Positions 42,687 to 53,559 of a stretch of 64,000 nucleotides of DNA are shown here, one piece after another. This stretch comes from Candidatus Latescibacterota bacterium (GTDB lineage Bacteria > Latescibacterota > UBA2968), in the NCBI GenBank assembly GCA_965198115.1, contig OZ240241.1, positions 2,048,001-2,112,000 of the forward strand. Reading direction: 5' to 3'. Position numbers and translations under genes: made by a program. Position 1 is the first letter of the stretch. Every line of letters begins with the position of its first letter. The notes beneath the pieces are model-generated. The model was not told the DNA's origin. It worked only from the letters and a program-made list of their open reading frames with translations, and made no database searches.

Positions 42687-42745
42687 AAGCCCCCGCGGCG
42701 CCTGAGCGGGGCTTTTCTGCTACTCTTTTGGCCACAAAAGAGTAG
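42687..42745. repeat. Double stem-loop intergenic element
   Basis: AAGCCCC...GGGGCTT and CTACTCTTTTG-GCCA-CAAAAGAGTAG. Confidence 0.55.
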
Positions 42746-42810
42746 AACACAGATAGATAGCACACGAAGAGTTTGCGTAAGGGCATCCACTCTTTCGCGT
42801 GAAAGAAACC

Positions 42811-44628
42811 TCAATTCTCGATCGGGAGGTATTCCAGAAACCACGCCAGCGTACGCTGCGCACAATCCCTCCGATTGACCGGCTTCCTGAACCCGTGCTC
42901 CTCGCCGGGGTAAACGACGAGCCCCGTCGCCACACCGCGATGCTTGAGCGCGCCGTAGACGATCTGGCTCTGTGACAAGGTGCAGATCGGATCCCTGTCT
43001 CCGTGCAACAACAGCGTCGGCGTATCGATCGCGTGAAGGTGCGAGAAAACGTCGCTCCCAACGCTGTCGCCCCCCATCGGCCAGGTGACCGGTGCGATAT
43101 ACTCCTCTTCATAGGTAAAGTCGCCCGTCTCCAACGTCATCCGTCGATTCTCTATGAACCCGTAAAGCGCGACCCCCGCCCGGAATCGATCGGTCGCAGC
43201 CACACCCCGAAGCGTCATGTAGCCGCCGTAGGATCCGCCGAAGATCCCGAAGCGATCCGTGTCCGTCAGACCCATCTGGACAAGCCGATCCATACCCGTC
43301 AGGATATCGTCGAGATCCTTGTCCCCCTGGCAACCGATGTTTGCGGCAAGAAAGTCGTCACCGAACCCCTTCGATCCGCGGAAGGCCGGCTCGAACACCC
43401 TGTAACCAGCTCGCAAAAGATGTCGATGTCGAACTGCCTCACCCCTGACCGCTTCTACCTCGCCAGCCGGTCCACCGTGCGCGCGTACCAGAACGGGCGC
43501 CCCATCAGGTGTGTCGATTCGCTCATAGAGGACGCCTTCGATGTTCAACTCGTCCGATGCCTGCCACGAAAGGGTTCGAATCGTCAGATCGTCGAAAGAC
43601 TGCGACTGGGGCAAAGACGCCTGCTGATCCCCGATCACCACCGTGGGGAACTGCGCCATATCGGCGAACACGTAGGCCCGGGGATCATCGCTTGCCGCCG
43701 CCAGCACTGCGGGTGACCCGTCCCACGCGCTCTGCTCGCCATCGATCTTCAACACGTCGGTATGTCGGTGGAGTCCGTCGACGCGCGCGACCCACAGGCG
43801 TCCGTCATCGAGCCACCCCCAGTCGTGGTTCGCTTTTCCCCCGCCAGTGAGATTGATTCTCGTCGCCTCGTCCCACGGCTGCCACCAGAGATCCAGGTGC
43901 GTCGTGATCGGCCGCTCGGTCGTGAAGTTGGCATCGAGGACAACACCCGATCCATCCGGCGCCACAGAAACTCGGTGCGCCTGACCCGCGTCGGTCGTCA
44001 GCTCCATCACGTGCCCATCGTCGACATCCACGCCCCGAAACTGACCTAGCTGCGCTTCCTCCGGAATCACGTTGGTCGGTTCGACCCACGCGATGCGGTG
44101 ACCATCTGTCGATTGGGAGAGACTCTGGCACCCCGCGGGCACCCGCGTCACTTCCCGCCATCCGGTGGTGGGCTTGTAGGTCTGAAGCGATACAGTCGGA
44201 CGGGGGGATGGACTCAGCAGAGGCGCATCGGGATCCTGCTCAGGCCCGTCGTCCACGAGCGCGGACAAACGTGGACCGTCGGCCAGCCAGGAAGCCGCTA
44301 AAGCTGTGACGTTCTTCGGCAAGGCGACCAGATCACGCGCGGTCCCGTCCACCTCGACGAGCCTCACGGAGGCGTCGACTCTGCAGAGAAAGGCCTCGCT
44401 CGCTGCCCAGATGCCGTCCACGCTCTCGAAGCCCGGAATCGGCTGGAGTTCGTCGTCCCCGTGCGCCAGGCGATACAGGAACGTTCCCTCGCGCACGGCG
44501 GAAAGGAGCACGACGACCGCGCCGCCGCTCAACTGGATCAGGTCCTCTGGATAGACAAGATCGTCTGTAGGATCGGTCTCTTTCCGGAGGGCGTCTGGAA
44601 GATCGGGAGTCGTCTGGAGGGCGTTCAC
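42811..44628 (-). CDS. S9 family (prolyl oligopeptidase-like) peptidase
   Basis: HGGP, GGSYGG, HGDRD and YPGEEHG motifs. Confidence 0.88.
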   Translation of the reverse strand: MNALQTTPDLPDALRKETDPTDDLVYPEDLIQLSGGAVVVLLSAVREGTFLYRLAHGDDELQPIPGFESVDGIWAASEAFLCRVDASVRLVEVDGTARDLVALPKNVTALAASWLADGPRLSALVDDGPEQDPDAPLLSPSPRPTVSLQTYKPTTGWREVTRVPAGCQSLSQSTDGHRIAWVEPTNVIPEEAQLGQFRGVDVDDGHVMELTTDAGQAHRVSVAPDGSGVVLDANFTTERPITTHLDLWWQPWDEATRINLTGGGKANHDWGWLDDGRLWVARVDGLHRHTDVLKIDGEQSAWDGSPAVLAAASDDPRAYVFADMAQFPTVVIGDQQASLPQSQSFDDLTIRTLSWQASDELNIEGVLYERIDTPDGAPVLVRAHGGPAGEVEAVRGEAVRHRHLLRAGYRVFEPAFRGSKGFGDDFLAANIGCQGDKDLDDILTGMDRLVQMGLTDTDRFGIFGGSYGGYMTLRGVAATDRFRAGVALYGFIENRRMTLETGDFTYEEEYIAPVTWPMGGDSVGSDVFSHLHAIDTPTLLLHGDRDPICTLSQSQIVYGALKHRGVATGLVVYPGEEHGFRKPVNRRDCAQRTLAWFLEYLPIEN

Positions 44629-44763
44629 GGTCGGTATGATAGGCGGGCGTGTCGGTGGACGCAATGCACAAACGGGCGTTGACCGCCCAAATGCGTTGAC
44701 GGTATCCGCCAGTGGGTTTACCATTTGCGGCCGTTCGACCATCCGCTGAAAGGAGCGCTCGAG

Positions 44764-46224
44764 TTGGCTCGAAACCTACTGTTCATCACGACCGATCAGC
44801 AACGCTGGGACAGTCTTCCGTGCTACGGTCTCGACTTCATGAAGACACCCAACCTCGATCGGTTGGCGGCCGAGGGCACGGTATTCGAACACTGCATCGT
44901 CCCCTCACCGGTCTGCGTCCCGTGCCGTGCCGCGATCATGAGTGGCCAGTACCCGTCGACAACCGGGGTACTCGGCAACGGACACTGGCTCCCCGATTCG
45001 GTGCCCACGTGGCCGGCTCTCATCGGGCAGAATCGTCGCACGGCCGCCATCGGAAAGATGCACTTCCATCCGTGGGACTCGCTTGAGGGCTTCGACGAGC
45101 GGATCATGGCCGAGGACAAGCGGCACATCTACCTCCCCGACCATCACGTGCAATTCCTCGCCGCTCACGGCCTGGACCGCCCCCATCCCACGACCCTTCC
45201 CCGGTATTACGAATCCCTCGGGGCTTCCTTTACGCCTCGCGAACGCCGATTCCACGTCGACGGGTTCGTCGGCGACAGTGCCGCGCGTTGGATTCAGGAG
45301 AACGGGGGCGAACCCTTCGCCGCGTGGGTCAGCTTCCCCGGCCCTCACGACCCTTACGACCCGCCCGAAGAACTGGCAGGCCTCTACGAGGATGCTCCGA
45401 TCCCTGACCCTATCGGATCACCCGAGGAGCTCGCATCGAAGCCGCCCGCCCAGCGGGACCGGGGCGCCGGGAGCCTCACCAATTCAATGTTCCGCCTGGA
45501 CCTGTCCAAAGCCACCGTCGAGCACTACAGGCAGTGGCGTCGCCACTATTACGCGAACATCACGCTGATCGACGAAGGGATCGGAAAGATCGTGGAGGCG
45601 CTCGAATCTCGCGGCGTCCTGGACGACACGCTCATCATCTACACGAGCGATCACGGGGATGCGCTCGGGGATCACGGTCTCCCCTTCAAAGCTTTTTTCT
45701 ACGACTGCATGTCCCGCGTGCCGCTAATCATCCGCAGTCCAGGCGTCCCATCCGGCCAACGTGCCGACTCGCTCATCTCCTCGCTCGATCTCGTGCCGTT
45801 GTTCTACCACGCCTGCGACACGGACCCGCCATCAGGGCTCCAGGGCGAAGACATCCGCCCGATCTTCGACGATCCCTCGGTATCGATACGCGACCACGTC
45901 TTCTGCGAGATCGGCGGGCGAATGATGGTGCGGACCAGAACCCACAAATACGCGCACTATGCGGACGGATCGTCCGAGCTCTACGACCTTGTCGCTGACC
46001 CCAATGAAATCGAAAACCTCGCGGGGCAAGATTCCGTCTCGAGCGTCGAAACGGCCCTGAAAAGCCGTCTGCTCGAACACACACTGGACTGTCAACGCCA
46101 CCATTCCAGTTACGTGGACGCCGCTCCTTACTGGGTACGGGTCGACCTCGAAGCGGATTACAAACGACAGATGGAAGAAGGCGGCGACACTACTTATCGC
46201 TCCCCGTATGGTCAGGGTGGATGA
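44764..46224 (+). CDS. Cys-type sulfatase
   Basis: CVPCR, GKMH and SDHG motifs; AAGGAG before TTG. Confidence 0.92.
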   Translation: MARNLLFITTDQQRWDSLPCYGLDFMKTPNLDRLAAEGTVFEHCIVPSPVCVPCRAAIMSGQYPSTTGVLGNGHWLPDSVPTWPALIGQNRRTAAIGKMHFHPWDSLEGFDERIMAEDKRHIYLPDHHVQFLAAHGLDRPHPTTLPRYYESLGASFTPRERRFHVDGFVGDSAARWIQENGGEPFAAWVSFPGPHDPYDPPEELAGLYEDAPIPDPIGSPEELASKPPAQRDRGAGSLTNSMFRLDLSKATVEHYRQWRRHYYANITLIDEGIGKIVEALESRGVLDDTLIIYTSDHGDALGDHGLPFKAFFYDCMSRVPLIIRSPGVPSGQRADSLISSLDLVPLFYHACDTDPPSGLQGEDIRPIFDDPSVSIRDHVFCEIGGRMMVRTRTHKYAHYADGSSELYDLVADPNEIENLAGQDSVSSVETALKSRLLEHTLDCQRHHSSYVDAAPYWVRVDLEADYKRQMEEGGDTTYRSPYGQGG

Positions 46225-46276
46225 CCCCCCAATCCTCGATTTTCGATTCTCGATACTCGATTAGAAGGGAAACAGA

Positions 46277-47411
46277 ATGAAAATCACGGACGTCACAACC
46301 ACCCGCTTCAAATACACCTCCAACACTGTCCGCGACACCGACGGCCACGGCCATCCTGGCCCCGAGCACGAGGCGATTCAAACGCTGCTGCAGATCGATA
46401 CCGATGAAGATGTCAACGGCTACTGGTTCGGCGCGAACCCGTCCATCGTCGAGAGCGTCATCAAACCCGCGCTCGTCGGACTCGATCCGTTCGATCGCGA
46501 ATGGATCTGGGACGACCTGAACCAACGACAGCGTCTGAATCTGGGAACGATGTCCGATCGCGTGCTCTGCAGCGTGGACTGCGCGCTGTGGGACCTCGCC
46601 GGCCGGGCTCTGGGGAAACCCGTTTACAAGCTCCTCGGCGGTTTTAGGGACACAGTCCCCGCCTACTGCAGCACGATGTGTGGCGACGACCTCGAGGGCG
46701 GTCTCGCGACGCCCCAGGACTATGCCAACTTCGCCGAGTGGGCGATGAAGAAGGGCTACCCCTCCTACAAACTCCACACCTGGCAGCCACCCTACGAGGG
46801 TGCTCCCAGCGTCAAGCGCGACCTGGAAGCGTGCGCTGCGGTACGTGACGTCTGTGGACCGGACGTGCCGCTCATGCTCGATCCCTACCACTACTATGAC
46901 AGGGAAGCCGCGCTCAAGCTTGCGAAGGGTCTTGAGGAAATCGACTACTACTGGATGGAAGAGCCCATGGACGAGCACAGCATGTCCTCATACATCTGGC
47001 TCACCGCGCAGACGTCGCTACCGATCTGCGGGCCGGAAACGTGCGAGGGCAAGATGTACGTCCGTGCCGAGTGGATCAAAAACAACGCGTGTGACATCAG
47101 CCGTGCCGGTGTCGGAGACGTTGGTGGCATCACCCCGCTGATGAAAACCGTTCACCTCTGCGAGTCGTTCGGGATGCGATGTGAAATCCACGGTGGGGGC
47201 CCCGGCAATCTCCACGCGCTCTGTGCGATGAAGAACGGCGAGTTTTACGAGCGTGGACTCCACTCCCTTCATCGAATTCGACGAACCCGCCGCCTGGCTC
47301 AACGAGCTTGTCGACCCTATGGACGGTCAAGGATTCGTCCACGTTCCGCAGACACCGGGCCTCGGAATGAATATCAACTGGGACTACATCGAGAAGAACA
47401 AGGTCGATTAG
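46277..47411 (+). CDS. Mandelate racemase/enolase superfamily dehydratase (frameshift near 47260)
   Basis: ALWDLAGR, KLH, MLD and WMEEP motifs; true C-terminus (PQTPGLGMNINWDYI) lies in another frame. Confidence 0.87.
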
Positions 47412-47859
47412 GCCAAGGTCAGTTCTCAGAAGTCAGCGGAAATGCAAAGACCGCCCATCTTATTCATGCATCTGGCTACCGCTCTGGGTGGATATCGGTG
47501 CAGCTCCACAACTGAGGTGATATCGTATCGCCTTCCAAACGAGCCAACGGCCCGTAATACCTCAGCCCAGCCCAACGGGCTGGGGTCATCCGAACAAGCA
47601 AACGGGCACAGCGGGCCACAGCCCGCGATATCACCATCACAGGCGCATATCCGACACCTCACCTGGAGGAAATTTCCCCGATCCCGTCGTACGGTCTTTC
47701 CCGAACACTGAACACCTACCACTTAACACCTTATTTTACAACATCTTATCACCAATCAATCAACCGCTCTCTCAATTGGCACACCCCGTGCCCAGGTAAA
47801 GGTCGGACTGTAGAGCACCTCCCACGCTCTGGTTTCCCCGATCAATCGAGAGAGTCAAG

Positions 47860-48072
47860 ATGGGCATTCGAATTCTAGCAACACACCTGACTTGCCCCGC
47901 CTGTGGCAGCGCCTTTTCACCGATGAACCGCGTGAAAGGAGATCGATGCGAAGCCTGCGGGGAGTCGGCCGAACCAAATGTCTCGGAGAGCCTGTTCACA
48001 CGGCTTCGGGCGCGATTCAGACGACAAATGAACCCTCGCCAAGCCCGTTACGAGACGAACGTCAGTCTGTAG
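47860..48072 (+). CDS. Small zinc-ribbon protein
   Basis: CPACG...CEACG. Confidence 0.5.
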   Translation: MGIRILATHLTCPACGSAFSPMNRVKGDRCEACGESAEPNVSESLFTRLRARFRRQMNPRQARYETNVSL

Positions 48073-48272
48073 ATTCTCCTCCCCACTCGCTTCGCATAGC
48101 GAAGCGACCAACTGCTCGAGAACGAAAAGAGCCGTGGACGCCTTCCCCAAAAAGGCGACCGCGGCTCTTTTCGTTTCCTCTCCTTTTCCCCGCAAACCTT
48201 GCTACGTATCTTCTTCCCTCACCCTCCGATAGGTGGTGGTCTCGTGTCGATAGCCTGCCCAGAAACGGACAA

Positions 48273-48632
48273 TCACGGCAGAACCGTCGTCGCGTCTGTT
48301 CGTGCCTCTTCGATCGAGGCTGGGCTGAGGCCCCTGGCTCCCGTCAGATCCGCACCCGTCAGGTCGGCGAGCATCAAGTGCGCGTCGGTGAAGTCGGCGT
48401 CCCTTAAATCGCACCCGCTGAAGTCGGTGTATCGCAAATTGGCTTCACGAAACGTGGCGCCAGAGAGTCTGGCACCGCTCAAATTCGTCTTGAGGAAATT
48501 GACCCCCGAAAAGTCTCGACCCTCGAGACGTGCCCCGGTCAGGACCGGTCTGATCCGTAAATTCTCCGACCGCCACCGGTTCCAGACCGAGACCCCCTGT
48601 TTCAGGATGTCCAGATGTTTGGCGACCGCCAT
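48273..48632 (-). CDS. Pentapeptide repeat protein
   Basis: HLDILKQGVSVWNRWR followed by A(D/N)LxxA-type repeats. Confidence 0.88.
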   Translation of the reverse strand: MAVAKHLDILKQGVSVWNRWRSENLRIRPVLTGARLEGRDFSGVNFLKTNLSGARLSGATFREANLRYTDFSGCDLRDADFTDAHLMLADLTGADLTGARGLSPASIEEARTDATTVLP

Positions 48633-48659
48633 CTTCGTGACCTCATTCGGGAGCGCTCT

Positions 48660-49349
48660 GTGCGACAGACCCTTCTTATCCTGACCCTACTGGCAACGTC
48701 GATTCCCACCTTTGGGAGCGACCAGCCGCGGCACATCGAAGTCGTGGGCACCGGCACGGTCTCTCGTGACCCGGACCAGGCCCGCATCAGTTTCGCCGTC
48801 GAAACCCAAGCCGAAACCGCCCAGCAAGCAACCGACCTGAACGCCACACGGACGACGCAGCTGATCGCTGCCATCCGGGAACACGGCATCCTCGAGTCGG
48901 ACTTGCGCACGCTTCATTATCGCCTGTCGCCTAGATACCGAACCGACGACCGTGGCAGGCAAACACTCGATCCCATCGGATTCGTCGCCCACAACACGGT
49001 AGAAGTCGTCGAGCGACGACTGGGTAAAATCGGCGGTCTCATCGATGCGGCCATAGAAGCCGGCGCCAACAGGATCGGCGGGATCGGCTTCGAGCTCTCC
49101 GAGCCTCAGACCGCCCGGCGGGAAGCCCTATCTGCGGCCGTCAGTTTGGCAAGACTCGATGCCGTCGTCATTGCCCGCGCATCGGGTCAGAAGCTGGGCG
49201 AAATCCTGCAAATCGTCTCGCACGGCGGGTCGCCCGTCCCACGATCCGAGCATGTCATGATGGCCACGCGGCAAGCTGACACGCCGATCGAAACGGGCGC
49301 CTTGCAGGTGAGTGCACGCGTCACGGTCCGATTCGCCCTCAAAGACTGA
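48660..49349 (+). CDS. SIMPL (DUF541) domain protein
   Basis: Signal peptide; VVGTG...PD, IDAAIEAGAN and LQVSARVTVRF motifs. Confidence 0.88.
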   Translation: MRQTLLILTLLATSIPTFGSDQPRHIEVVGTGTVSRDPDQARISFAVETQAETAQQATDLNATRTTQLIAAIREHGILESDLRTLHYRLSPRYRTDDRGRQTLDPIGFVAHNTVEVVERRLGKIGGLIDAAIEAGANRIGGIGFELSEPQTARREALSAAVSLARLDAVVIARASGQKLGEILQIVSHGGSPVPRSEHVMMATRQADTPIETGALQVSARVTVRFALKD

Positions 49350-49542
49350 GACAGGCGAGAATTAAGGTCCGGGTTGACACCCCGCAGGTCTGACCGTAGC
49401 TTTGGTGGTGATGACTTCGATCGGGGTCGGGCCCGTGACGGTGGCGTCGTTTAAATTCGCGCCCAATTGGGCATAAAGCACTGTGAACCAAGCAGTTGTA
49501 GCAATCCCAGACCCCTCTCTCCTTCCACAAGGGGGTCTCCCC

Positions 49543-49926
49543 ATGCCGCACATCCTTGTGATCGAAGACGACCCGCAAATCGGGCAGATCGTCCAGGAAA
49601 TCCTCCAACGGGCCGACCACGATGTCGACGTCGTGGAAGATGCGGAACAGGGCATTGCGAGCTACGCTGACAAGCGTCCCGACCTCGTCATCACCGACAT
49701 CATCCTGCCGGAAAAAGATGGCGTCGAGGCCATCCGCGACCTCAAAGCCAGCGACCCCGACGCTCGAATCATCGCGATGATCGGCCTCCGGGGCAGCTAT
49801 AATCGTCTTCCCGCCGCGGAGTTCGTCGGAGCGGCACGCACCCTCATGAAGCCGTTTACGCGGGAAGAACTGCTCACGGTCGTCGACGACGTCCTGGACG
49901 CGACTCCAACAGAATCTTCGAGCTGA
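49543..49926 (+). CDS. Single-domain response regulator
   Basis: ILVIEDD, ITDIILP and MKPF motifs. Confidence 0.85.
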   Translation: MPHILVIEDDPQIGQIVQEILQRADHDVDVVEDAEQGIASYADKRPDLVITDIILPEKDGVEAIRDLKASDPDARIIAMIGLRGSYNRLPAAEFVGAARTLMKPFTREELLTVVDDVLDATPTESSS

Positions 49927-49958
49927 TCGCCCCCACCATCGTCAACACGCTTTGATCT

Positions 49959-51290
49959 TCACGCGCTTCGTGCCCAGAAGCTCGTCCGATCGTTCAGCTC
50001 GGTTTCCCATCGCGACATCTCACCACGCAGAGCCTTAACGACGTCGGCCTGATCCCGATCTTCGATCAGATTCGTCATTTCCCAAGGATCGGTTTTCAGA
50101 TCGAACAGCTGAGACGTTCGGTTCCCTTCCACTGCGTACTCGATCAGCTTGTGATCCCCACGCTTCGCACTCCGCTGAAACGCCTTGTAGGCGTATAACA
50201 GTGTCTCCCGCACACACTCGGATCCATCCCCCATCGCATTGACCAGACTCTCGCCTTCGACGGAGTCCGGAATCGGAAGGTCGGCCAGATCGAACAACGT
50301 CGGATAGATATCGTTCAGGTAGCAGTACGCCTCCCGGCGCTCGCCCCTCGGAATCCCCGGCCCCCTGAACACCAGAGGAACCCGCACGCTGTGCTCATAG
50401 ACGTTCTGTTTGCCCATCAGACCGTGTTGCCCCACGGCCAGCCCGTTGTCGCCCGCGAACACGACGATCGTATTCTCTCGATGACGCGTTTCTTCCAGCG
50501 TATCTAACAGCCTACCCACCTGTCGATCCAGGTGGGAAATCATCGCGTAATAGTCGGCGAGGTGCTGGCTCACGACCTCGGGCGTTCGGGGAAACGGCGC
50601 CAGTAGCTCGTCCCGCGTCTCCAGATCTCCGTTGTCGAACGGATGTCGCTCAAAACAGTTGGGCGGAAGCTTCAGCTTCTCCGCATCGTAAAGCGCGTGG
50701 AATTCCGGATGCGTATCACGTGGGTCGTGAGGGGCAGTAAACGAGACATACGCGAAAAATGGGGCTTGCCCATCGTAGCTTTTTAGAAAGTCGATCGCCG
50801 CCTCTGAAAACAGATCGCTCGAATGACGCTTGCTTTCTTGATAGATGCCTGCCTCAGCGTAGGTCCCCGATTCGTCGTAGGGATTGAGGGGCACCTTGAA
50901 GTGATCGCTCATTCCACCGAAGAAAATCCGGTCACCGTGGTCGAAGCATCGCGCGAACGCCGGTCGGCCGTTGTGCCACTTTCCCGTCCCGAAGGTCTGA
51001 TACCCGTGATCGCGTAGGGCTTCGGGCATCATGATGTGATTTTCCGGGATCGACTGTCCTTCCCCCTCGAGATGGAAAAGCGTGCGCCCCCGTCATCAGC
51101 ATGGCCCGACTTGGCATGCATACGGCGCCCGACGTCCCCCCATAATGCTGGCCTCGGTGAACATCGTCCCCTCTTCGACCAATCGGTCCAGGTTGGGTGT
51201 AATGACATCGTCGTTCCCGAGCGCGCGAATCGTGTCGTAGCGCTGATCGTCCGTGAACAGAAACAGAATGTTGGGTTTTGAACGGTCCAT
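49959..51290 (-). CDS. Cys-type sulfatase (frameshifts between about 51050 and 51140)
   Basis: [21 protein letters not shown] and GDNG motifs spread across three frames. Confidence 0.85.
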
Positions 51291-51577
51291 CAGTCGCTCT
51301 TCTCGATCTCCCAGCCTGTCAGAAAACTTCGGTCCTCTTCCATCGGCTGACACCAGATCCTCTTCGCCCGAAATCGCACTTCGAATTCGACCATTTCCCC
51401 GCCTCCCGTGTAGGCATCCAGATCATCGATGTCGTCACACCACAGCTGCAGACCCGAGGGACTGATGTCCACGATCTGAACATCCCTGAAGCCTCCACCA
51501 TCGACCTGTGCTTCGACCGGAAGAGCCAACCGCAACCGCGCGTTGCGGCGTTGATCGTTACCCGTTGCTTCTGCCAT
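51290..51577 (-). CDS. PilZ domain protein
   Basis: QRRNAR (RxxxR) and DISPSG (DxSxxG) motifs. Confidence 0.75.
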   Translation of the reverse strand: MAEATGNDQRRNARLRLALPVEAQVDGGGFRDVQIVDISPSGLQLWCDDIDDLDAYTGGGEMVEFEVRFRAKRIWCQPMEEDRSFLTGWEIEKSD

Positions 51578-51807
51578 CCGAGTCTCCTTTCGGAAGTGAG
51601 AGTCCAAGATACATCGGTCCGGACGATCCGAGCAATCGGGTCCGCATTGGCTTCGGCATCAGCGTGGCTCTCTATGTAACAGGTTGACACACGTTAGAAA
51701 CCGACTGAAACTGCGGACGAGCGACGACGCAACTCCCACCACGACAGCTCCGCTGCCGAGGACTCCCCTGCAAACACGTACCGAAAGTCCTGTCACGAGT
51801 AAGCGCC

Positions 51808-53061
51808 TTGCGGCCTGATCCGGCCACGTGCGACTCGAAGACCTCGTCGGATTCCGGTCTCCTGCGAGCGGCCAGGCACAGACCGTTCCGGCAGCTGTGG
51901 ACCGCATCGATCATTTCGGCCTTCGCCACGTGGATGAACCGTTTGGCCGTGGGATGGTTCGTACTCGACCAGACCGATTCCGCGCTCCTGACCACGCTTG
52001 CTTACACAGTGCAATCGGCACCCGGTCTGTTCGTCGCCCCGTTCGGAGGGGCTTTGGCCGACCGCTTTCGGCGCAAGTACCTGCTCGCGCTCACGGCGGC
52101 CGTCGAATGTGGCGTCGCAGCCGGGCTGGCCCTCGTCGCCGTCGACGGCATCGAATCCGTATGGCCCGTCGTGCTTCTGGTCGGACTCACCGGTTGTGTC
52201 AACACACTAAAGACACCCTCGACGCAGACGTTGATCCCCGACACGGTCGGCCGAGGCGAAGGGATGAACGGGATCGCCCTCTACTCGGTCGGCATCCGTG
52301 GAGTCGCCGTGGTCGGCGCGCTCTCCGGAGGCATCCTGCTCGAGGTCCACGGCCCGGTGACCGTCTTCACCTCAGCCGCTATTCTCTTCGGCATCGCGGC
52401 TCTGGCCTTCACGCGAATCCGGGTGGCCTCGGCACGATCGACCGATGCGAGTGGGTCTCGCAAGACCGTCATTCAAGAAACGAAAGACGGGCTTCGCGTG
52501 ATGATCGGCCATCCGACCGTTCGCTCGCTCCTCGTCCTGGCCCTGCTCGTGGAGATTCTTTGCTTCTCCTTCCGATCGATTTTGCCGGTCGTGGCGCGCA
52601 ATCGTCTCGGACTCGACGAGTCGGGGCTCGGAGCGCTCACCGCGATGGGTGGGTTCGGGTCCCTCCTCGGCGCGCTCGCCCTCGTCGCACTCAGCGAGTA
52701 CGCACACAAAGGAAGAATGCTGATCCTGATCGCCGGTCTCTACGGGCTTGGCGTCCTGTCACTGGGAGCGTCGAGCCTCGTATGGCTGTCCTTCGCCGTC
52801 ATCGCATGCGTCGGATTGACAGCAGCCATTTTCGATGCGCTTCAGTGGGGTCTGCTCCAGGAAAACGTGCCCGACGAAATGCGCGGGCGTGCGGTGGGAG
52901 GATGGGTCTTCGCGGTGGGCTTCGGCTGGATCGGCCATCTGACCCTCGGAGCCGTGAGCGACGCCTTCGGGGTTCAGTGGGCGCTGGGGATCAACGGTGG
53001 GTTGGCAGTCCTTGTCGCGATCGTGGTCTTCGCGACGGGAAAGTCATTGAAGCAGGCGTGA
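51808..53061 (+). CDS. MFS transporter
   Basis: FRQLW, GALADRFRRK and VPDEMRGR motifs; about 12 TM segments; start uncertain. Confidence 0.9.
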   Translation: MRPDPATCDSKTSSDSGLLRAARHRPFRQLWTASIISAFATWMNRLAVGWFVLDQTDSALLTTLAYTVQSAPGLFVAPFGGALADRFRRKYLLALTAAVECGVAAGLALVAVDGIESVWPVVLLVGLTGCVNTLKTPSTQTLIPDTVGRGEGMNGIALYSVGIRGVAVVGALSGGILLEVHGPVTVFTSAAILFGIAALAFTRIRVASARSTDASGSRKTVIQETKDGLRVMIGHPTVRSLLVLALLVEILCFSFRSILPVVARNRLGLDESGLGALTAMGGFGSLLGALALVALSEYAHKGRMLILIAGLYGLGVLSLGASSLVWLSFAVIACVGLTAAIFDALQWGLLQENVPDEMRGRAVGGWVFAVGFGWIGHLTLGAVSDAFGVQWALGINGGLAVLVAIVVFATGKSLKQA

Positions 53062-53199
53062 GAAAGGTCCCAGAGCGACTCGACAGCGGGAGCGTTCCTC
53101 GCCGAGACGCATCGTTTGCCGACAAGAGGGCCGTCTTGAGGATGAGTCCAAACTGGGATATCATGAAAGAAGCAACTGTTCAACCACTCGAGGGAACCA

Positions 53200-53427
53200 A
53201 TGGCAGAAGAACTGGGCACGCGTGACGTGTTGGAGCAGGTCGACACTCGACTCGGCAACGTGGAACAGGACATACGCGAAATGCGATCCACTATGGATGC
53301 CCGCTTTGATCGAGTAGACGCACGCTTCGATCGAGTTCATCAAGACTGGCGGTGGCTCATAGGACTCTTCTTCGCCGGCTGGCTGTCCCTAATGGCCACC
53401 GTGGCCTCCATCTGGCTCAAGCTCTGA
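53200..53427 (+). CDS. Small coiled-coil protein with C-terminal TM helix
   Basis: DARFDRV tandem heptad, hydrophobic tail, GAGG RBS. Confidence 0.7.
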   Translation: MAEELGTRDVLEQVDTRLGNVEQDIREMRSTMDARFDRVDARFDRVHQDWRWLIGLFFAGWLSLMATVASIWLKL

Positions 53428-53559
53428 CGTTGTCGAACAGTTGCTCAGGAAGTCGTCCAGATCAGCTCCCGATACGTCTCGGGCACCCAGCCACGTACCC
53501 CTTCGCAACCTCGCTCTCCCTACCTCCTCTCCAGGCAACCTCCCGACCCCACCAGATGT

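Noticed and set aside
46234-46261. TCGAT-containing heptamer runs (also about 42078-42100) as CRISPR or a functional array
   Set aside because: Only three to four degenerate units without spacers; simple intergenic repeats
47415-47850. Unannotated 430-bp gap (also 42450-42680)
   Set aside because: No convincing ORF, repeat or RNA motif was recognised
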